Assembly (NCBI GenBank): GCA_963717945.1 | Contig: CAVQXT010000003.1 | Location: 385,880 to 449,879 of the forward strand | Length of the DNA: 64,000 bases | Direction of reading: 5' to 3' | Source: an uncultured Acidobacteriota bacterium | Lineage (GTDB): Bacteria > Acidobacteriota > Vicinamibacteria > Vicinamibacterales > Fen-181 | In this document: positions 62,433 through 64,000 of the stretch, in pieces | Numbering within the stretch: position 1 is the stretch's first letter | Layout: every line of letters begins with the position of its first letter | The notes under the pieces: model-generated | The model's input: the letters and a program-made list of their open reading frames with translations, nothing else | What the model was told of the DNA's origin: nothing | Databases searched by the model: none | Made by a program: the position numbers and the translations under genes

Positions 62433-64000
62433 ATGGGCAGTTCCGTGACACGGAAGATCATCGAGGCGCACCTGGTCGAGGGCCGGTGGGCGGCCGGCAG
62501 CGAAATCGCCATCCGCATCGACCAGACGCTCACGCAGGACGCCACCGGGACGATGGCCTACCTGCAGTTCGAGGCGATCGGCATCCTGCGCGTGAAGACC
62601 GAGCTGTCGGTCAGCTACGTGGACCACAACACGCTCCAGAGCGACTTCAGGAACGCCGACGACCACAGCTACCTGCGCACCGTCGCGGCGAAGCACGGCG
62701 TCGTGTTCTCGCGGCCGGGCAACGGGATCTGCCACCAGCTCCACCTCGAGCGCTTCGCCCGCCCCGGCAAGACGCTGATCGGCAGCGACAGCCACACGCC
62801 CACCGCGGGAGGGATCGGCGCGCTCGCGATGGGCGCCGGCGGCCTCGACGTCGCCTGCGCGATGGCCGGCGAGCCGTTCCGCATCAAGGTCCCCAAGGTC
62901 GTGGGGATCAAGCTCACCGGCGACCTGCGCCCCTGGGTCTCGGCCAAGGACATCATCCTCGAGCTGCTGCGCCGCGTGGACGTCAAGGGCGGCGTGGGCA
63001 GGGTGTTCGAGTACTTCGGCGAGGGCGTGAAGCGGCTCTCGGTTCCCGACCGCGCCACCATCACCAACATGGGCACCGAGACCGGGTGCACGACGTCGAT
63101 CTTCCCGAGCGATCGCGTCACCAAGGCCTTCCTCAAGGCGCAGGGACGCGAAGACCAGTGGGTGCGTCTCGAGGCCGACCGGCGCGCGGGGTTCGACGAG
63201 GTGATCGAGATCGACCTCGGCGCCCTCGAGCCGCTGGCCGCCACGCCGCACAGCCCGGGCGCGGTCAGGTCGATCCGCGAGATCGGGAAGATCCCGGTCC
63301 AGCAGGTCTGCATCGGATCGTGCACCAACTCGTCGCTCAGGGACATGAAGGTGGCGGCGGCGGTGCTGAAGGGCAAGACGATCGCCGAGACGCTGCACCT
63401 GACGGTGAGCCCCGGCAGCCGGCAGGTGGTCGAGCACCTGGCCGCGGCCGGCGACCTCCGGGACCTGGTGGCGGCCGGCGCGCGCATCCTCGAGAACGCC
63501 TGCGGCCCGTGCATCGGGATGGGCGCGGCCCCGCCGTCCGGCGCGGTGTCGGTGCGCACCTTCAACCGCAACTTCGAGGGGAGGAGCGGCACCAAGGACG
63601 CGGCGGTCTACCTCGTGTCGCCCGAGGTCGCCGCGGCGACGGCGCTCAGCGGCGCCCTGACCGACCCGCGCGACCTGGGCGCGGCGCCCGCGATCAAGCT
63701 GCCGAAGCGGTTCTTCGTCAACGACAACATGTTCCTCCAGCCGCTGGACGAGGCGGCGGCGCCCGGCGCCGCGATCCTCCGCGGGCCGAACATCGCGCCG
63801 CTGCCGGCCTTCCCGCCGCTGCCCGACGTCCTCGAGGGGCCGGCGCTGCTGAAGGTGGGCGACAACATCACGACCGACCACATCATGCCGGCCGGCGCGA
63901 AGGTGCTGCCGCTCCGGAGCAACATCCCCGAGATCTCGAAGTACGTCTTCGAGGCGGTGGACCCGACCTTCGCCAGGCGCGCCAGGGACGCCGGCGGCGG
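62433..64000 (+). CDS. aconitate hydratase (aconitase family), 5' partial, continues past window end
   Basis: Not in the ORF track because no stop falls in the window. The ATG at 62433 is preceded by GGAGGA. The translation is MGSSVTRKIIEAHLVEG...IDQTLTQDATGTMA...GSDSHTPTAGG...CIGSCTNSS...NACGPCIGMG...NRNFEGRSG, which carries the aconitase Fe-S ligand motifs. Confidence 0.9.
   Translation, partial: MGSSVTRKIIEAHLVEGRWAAGSEIAIRIDQTLTQDATGTMAYLQFEAIGILRVKTELSVSYVDHNTLQSDFRNADDHSYLRTVAAKHGVVFSRPGNGICHQLHLERFARPGKTLIGSDSHTPTAGGIGALAMGAGGLDVACAMAGEPFRIKVPKVVGIKLTGDLRPWVSAKDIILELLRRVDVKGGVGRVFEYFGEGVKRLSVPDRATITNMGTETGCTTSIFPSDRVTKAFLKAQGREDQWVRLEADRRAGFDEVIEIDLGALEPLAATPHSPGAVRSIREIGKIPVQQVCIGSCTNSSLRDMKVAAAVLKGKTIAETLHLTVSPGSRQVVEHLAAAGDLRDLVAAGARILENACGPCIGMGAAPPSGAVSVRTFNRNFEGRSGTKDAAVYLVSPEVAAATALSGALTDPRDLGAAPAIKLPKRFFVNDNMFLQPLDEAAAPGAAILRGPNIAPLPAFPPLPDVLEGPALLKVGDNITTDHIMPAGAKVLPLRSNIPEISKYVFEAVDPTFARRARDAGG

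Noticed and set aside
62430-63925. ORFs 62430-63881(-), 62669-63595(-) and 63608-63925(-).
   Set aside because: They are antisense to the aconitase gene, whose plus-strand frame shows the aconitase Fe-S ligand motifs.

Overview
High-G+C bacterial chromosomal window. I call about 53 protein-coding genes or gene remnants. I saw no rRNA, tRNA, CRISPR array, transposase or integrase. All calls come from reading the supplied translations and the DNA by eye, with no database search. The gene content includes an Asp-box/BNR protein, an M14 peptidase, GGT, a TPR-tailed GT-C glycosyltransferase, ECF sigma factors with a Ser/Thr kinase, and many Arg/Pro/Gly-rich shadow ORFs. This resembles a soil Acidobacteriota- or Gemmatimonadota-type genome, which is inference only.

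- **1-20 kb:** two gene remnants, then housekeeping, stress and secreted-hydrolase genes. These include an FKBP isomerase, a THUMP methyltransferase, a DEAD-box helicase, a BNR protein, GGT, an M14 carboxypeptidase, KatG, and an ECF sigma factor with a multidomain Ser/Thr kinase.
- **20.6-24 kb:** a 0.9-kb noncoding stretch of degenerate repeats, a di-heme lipoprotein, and three hypothetical genes that look lower in G+C than their flanks.
- **24-38 kb:** an NmrA-like protein, a beta-propeller protein, a second ECF sigma module and vapBC. Also here are a translationally coupled MFS / glucose dehydrogenase / GH15 glucoamylase operon (the glucoamylase is frameshifted), a GT-C/TPR glycosyltransferase, and an FHA-GAF-PP2C phosphatase.
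- **38.4-53.7 kb (the standout):** a cytochrome-rich locus with 22 CxxCH motifs in five proteins.
  - A five-gene inner-membrane module: pentaheme cytochrome, Tat-dependent molybdopterin-family subunit, 4Fe-4S subunit, NrfD-type quinone subunit and tetraheme cytochrome.
  - A histidine kinase whose periplasmic domain carries two CxxCH motifs, with a sigma-54 enhancer-binding response regulator.
  - Two near-consensus sigma-54 promoters that share an upstream palindrome.
  - A divergent MtoA/PioA-like decaheme cytochrome with an MtrB/PioB-like outer-membrane barrel, and a monoheme cytochrome c.
  - I interpret this as a self-regulated extracellular electron-transfer system wired to an ACIII/Qrc-like quinone module instead of CymA. 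This is a hypothesis.
- **54-64 kb:** aqpZ, a YgjP-like metalloprotease, a metallophosphoesterase, a tandem thymidylate-kinase-like pair (one member has a degenerate P-loop), an ABC exporter coupled to a PLD-family enzyme, and the 5' part of an aconitase gene.

Several intergenic repeat families are visible. They include a 64-bp element present twice with identical sequence, heptamer arrays with a GAGCC core, and GC-rich REP-like hairpins.
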